Shown one piece after another: positions 62,600-64,000 of a stretch of DNA of 64,000 nucleotides (positions within the stretch are counted from its first letter, which is position 1; the number at the start of each line of letters is the position of its first letter). The stretch is from Octopus sinensis (Eukaryota). The stretch spans positions 49,104,001 through 49,168,000 of the forward strand of contig NC_043004.1 of assembly GCF_006345805.1 (NCBI RefSeq), written 5' to 3'. The position numbers and the translations under genes are program-made. The notes under the pieces were generated by a model. The model ran no database searches, was not told where the DNA came from, and worked only from the letters and a program-made list of their open reading frames with translations.

Positions 62600-63640
62600 T
62601 ATCACAAGTGTATTAGATTTTAAAATTTCATTAGAAAAGGTAGCTTGGTTGGTGTTCACTGCCTACGGCATAGCTAAGGTGTTGAAATGAGTGTGGGGAG
62701 CCTAACAGAATGTTTGCAGGTAAAGTCGTTATTTTGCAATTATATTCTCTGTATATCGGCAGCTACTTTGGTTCAAACTGTTTGTTTCAGTAAGTATTTA
62801 GTCCTATGCACATAGAATGCATTCGATCCCTATCTTATATTTAAGGCTCTCCCGGTAATGAATATTATATGCATCTTCTTTGCAGTACCTCACAAACTTT
62901 GAAAGGCAACAATCTATTAATAGGGAAAGTCGTGGGGTGGATTCGAATTACATGTCAAATAAAGGTAAGAGATGGTAGTCGATGAACGGATTCTAATCTT
63001 GATTCTGGTTATTGTGATGCGAAGTCAGGTGCACCGCTGTAATTTTGTTTGACATTGTTCTTGTTGAAAAATTACAGTGTTTGTCATTGTTAGATGTGCT
63101 TTTGCACCAAAGTAAATAATCTACTAGCTAAGTTTTGTGAGCGTTGAAACTGAAAAGCATTAAAAACTGCGTTTAACTATTGTAATGTTTGTAGCGTTTT
63201 AACATTGCCTGTGTTGTTGATTGTATGATGAATTTGAAGCTGCTTAGTAGCGGTGCATCACTGTGGTGTTGGGATGCACAGGTGAAAGAAGCTTCGTCTA
63301 AGGATAGGCCCAAAAAGCATGCGCTGATGTTCTCGATTAGGCCTTGATAATAGACCGTGAATGGTTAGAGCCTTTGTTAATGACAAATAGTTTTTTGGAA
63401 GGGTTTTCTCAAGAGGTGGTAACTATTGTTAACTAAATTGAAAGTAATAGCTAAGAAGATAACAGTTCTTAGAGCACCAATTGTCAGTTTTAGGTATAGT
63501 TCTTTATGTGGATCAATAAGGTTTTCGTCAATGCTTTTAACTGACAACTTTTCATATTTAGTGTTAGTACGATCTCATCATCTCTATACATGCCTCATTT
63601 TAAGCTGCGAATTTCACGTGTAGTAAGTATAAATAGAAGT
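62600..63640 (-). pseudogene. Penelope-like element RT C-terminus plus GIY-YIG remnant
   Basis: GMYRDD (YRDD at 63577-63588), LKLTI..LRTVIFL.ITFNL.NNSY...RKP, INKGSNH..SIIK and FNKNNVK.NYS follow PLE motif order with frameshifts. Cut at its 5' side by the MITE at 63646. Confidence 0.75.
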
Positions 63641-63645
63641 AAATT

Positions 63646-64000
63646 GGGATCTTTTCGGTTTGAACGGCAGTTTTTTCTAGCGGTGTCATATGAAATTGTT
63701 ACCCATAATTATGACCCTAGTATCGATCTATTGCATTTCAATCTGTTTTAGGGTTAGGGTTAGGGGTGGGGGAAGGGTATCTTTTTTTCTTCACAAATGT
63801 AAATAAACCCAATATGTTTCTTAAACGAGGGACATATTCATACGGCACAGAATGTTTTTTTTTACCTCAATAGACGTATTTGATTGGTTGAAATTGCAGA
63901 AATTGAAGAAAAATAACAACAAATATCTTACAAACTATAGAATTTTCTCTATAAAGCCAAGAGAAAAAGATGTTTTATAAACACATTCTACCAGTATACG
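63646..64000. mobile_element. Second copy of the TTAGGG-containing MITE (inverted, runs off the window)
   Basis: Reverse complement of 52879-53339; three TTAGGG units at 63748-63765. Confidence 0.85.

Overview
AT-rich, microsatellite-dense eukaryotic DNA, most likely from an octopus or related coleoid cephalopod. This is inferred from the SINE families as I recall them, the (TTAGGG)n motifs and the repeat landscape; it was not tested by any search. There is no intact protein-coding gene, rRNA, true tRNA gene or CRISPR array. At most two weak candidate + strand exons are present (7106-7199, 9683-9712). The window is dominated by a ~10.6 kb tandem array (29410-39985) of a 54-bp unit made of two 27-bp subunits, with a ~1.4-1.6 kb higher-order repeat in its 3' half. 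Around it are decayed mobile elements: Helitrons, mariner and maT (DD37D) transposons and MITEs, R4/Dong, RTE and L1/Tx1-like LINE fragments, Penelope-like element (PLE) remnants, and many copies of four tRNA-derived SINE families. The most interesting signal missing from the ORF track is a set of type I hammerhead ribozyme motifs. These include a retrozyme-like ~433-nt partial tandem (53681-54328), a palindrome encoding a hammerhead on each strand (5265-5378), and a cluster of four hammerhead-like motifs in 14281-15316. All folds were read by eye and none has been tested for cleavage.
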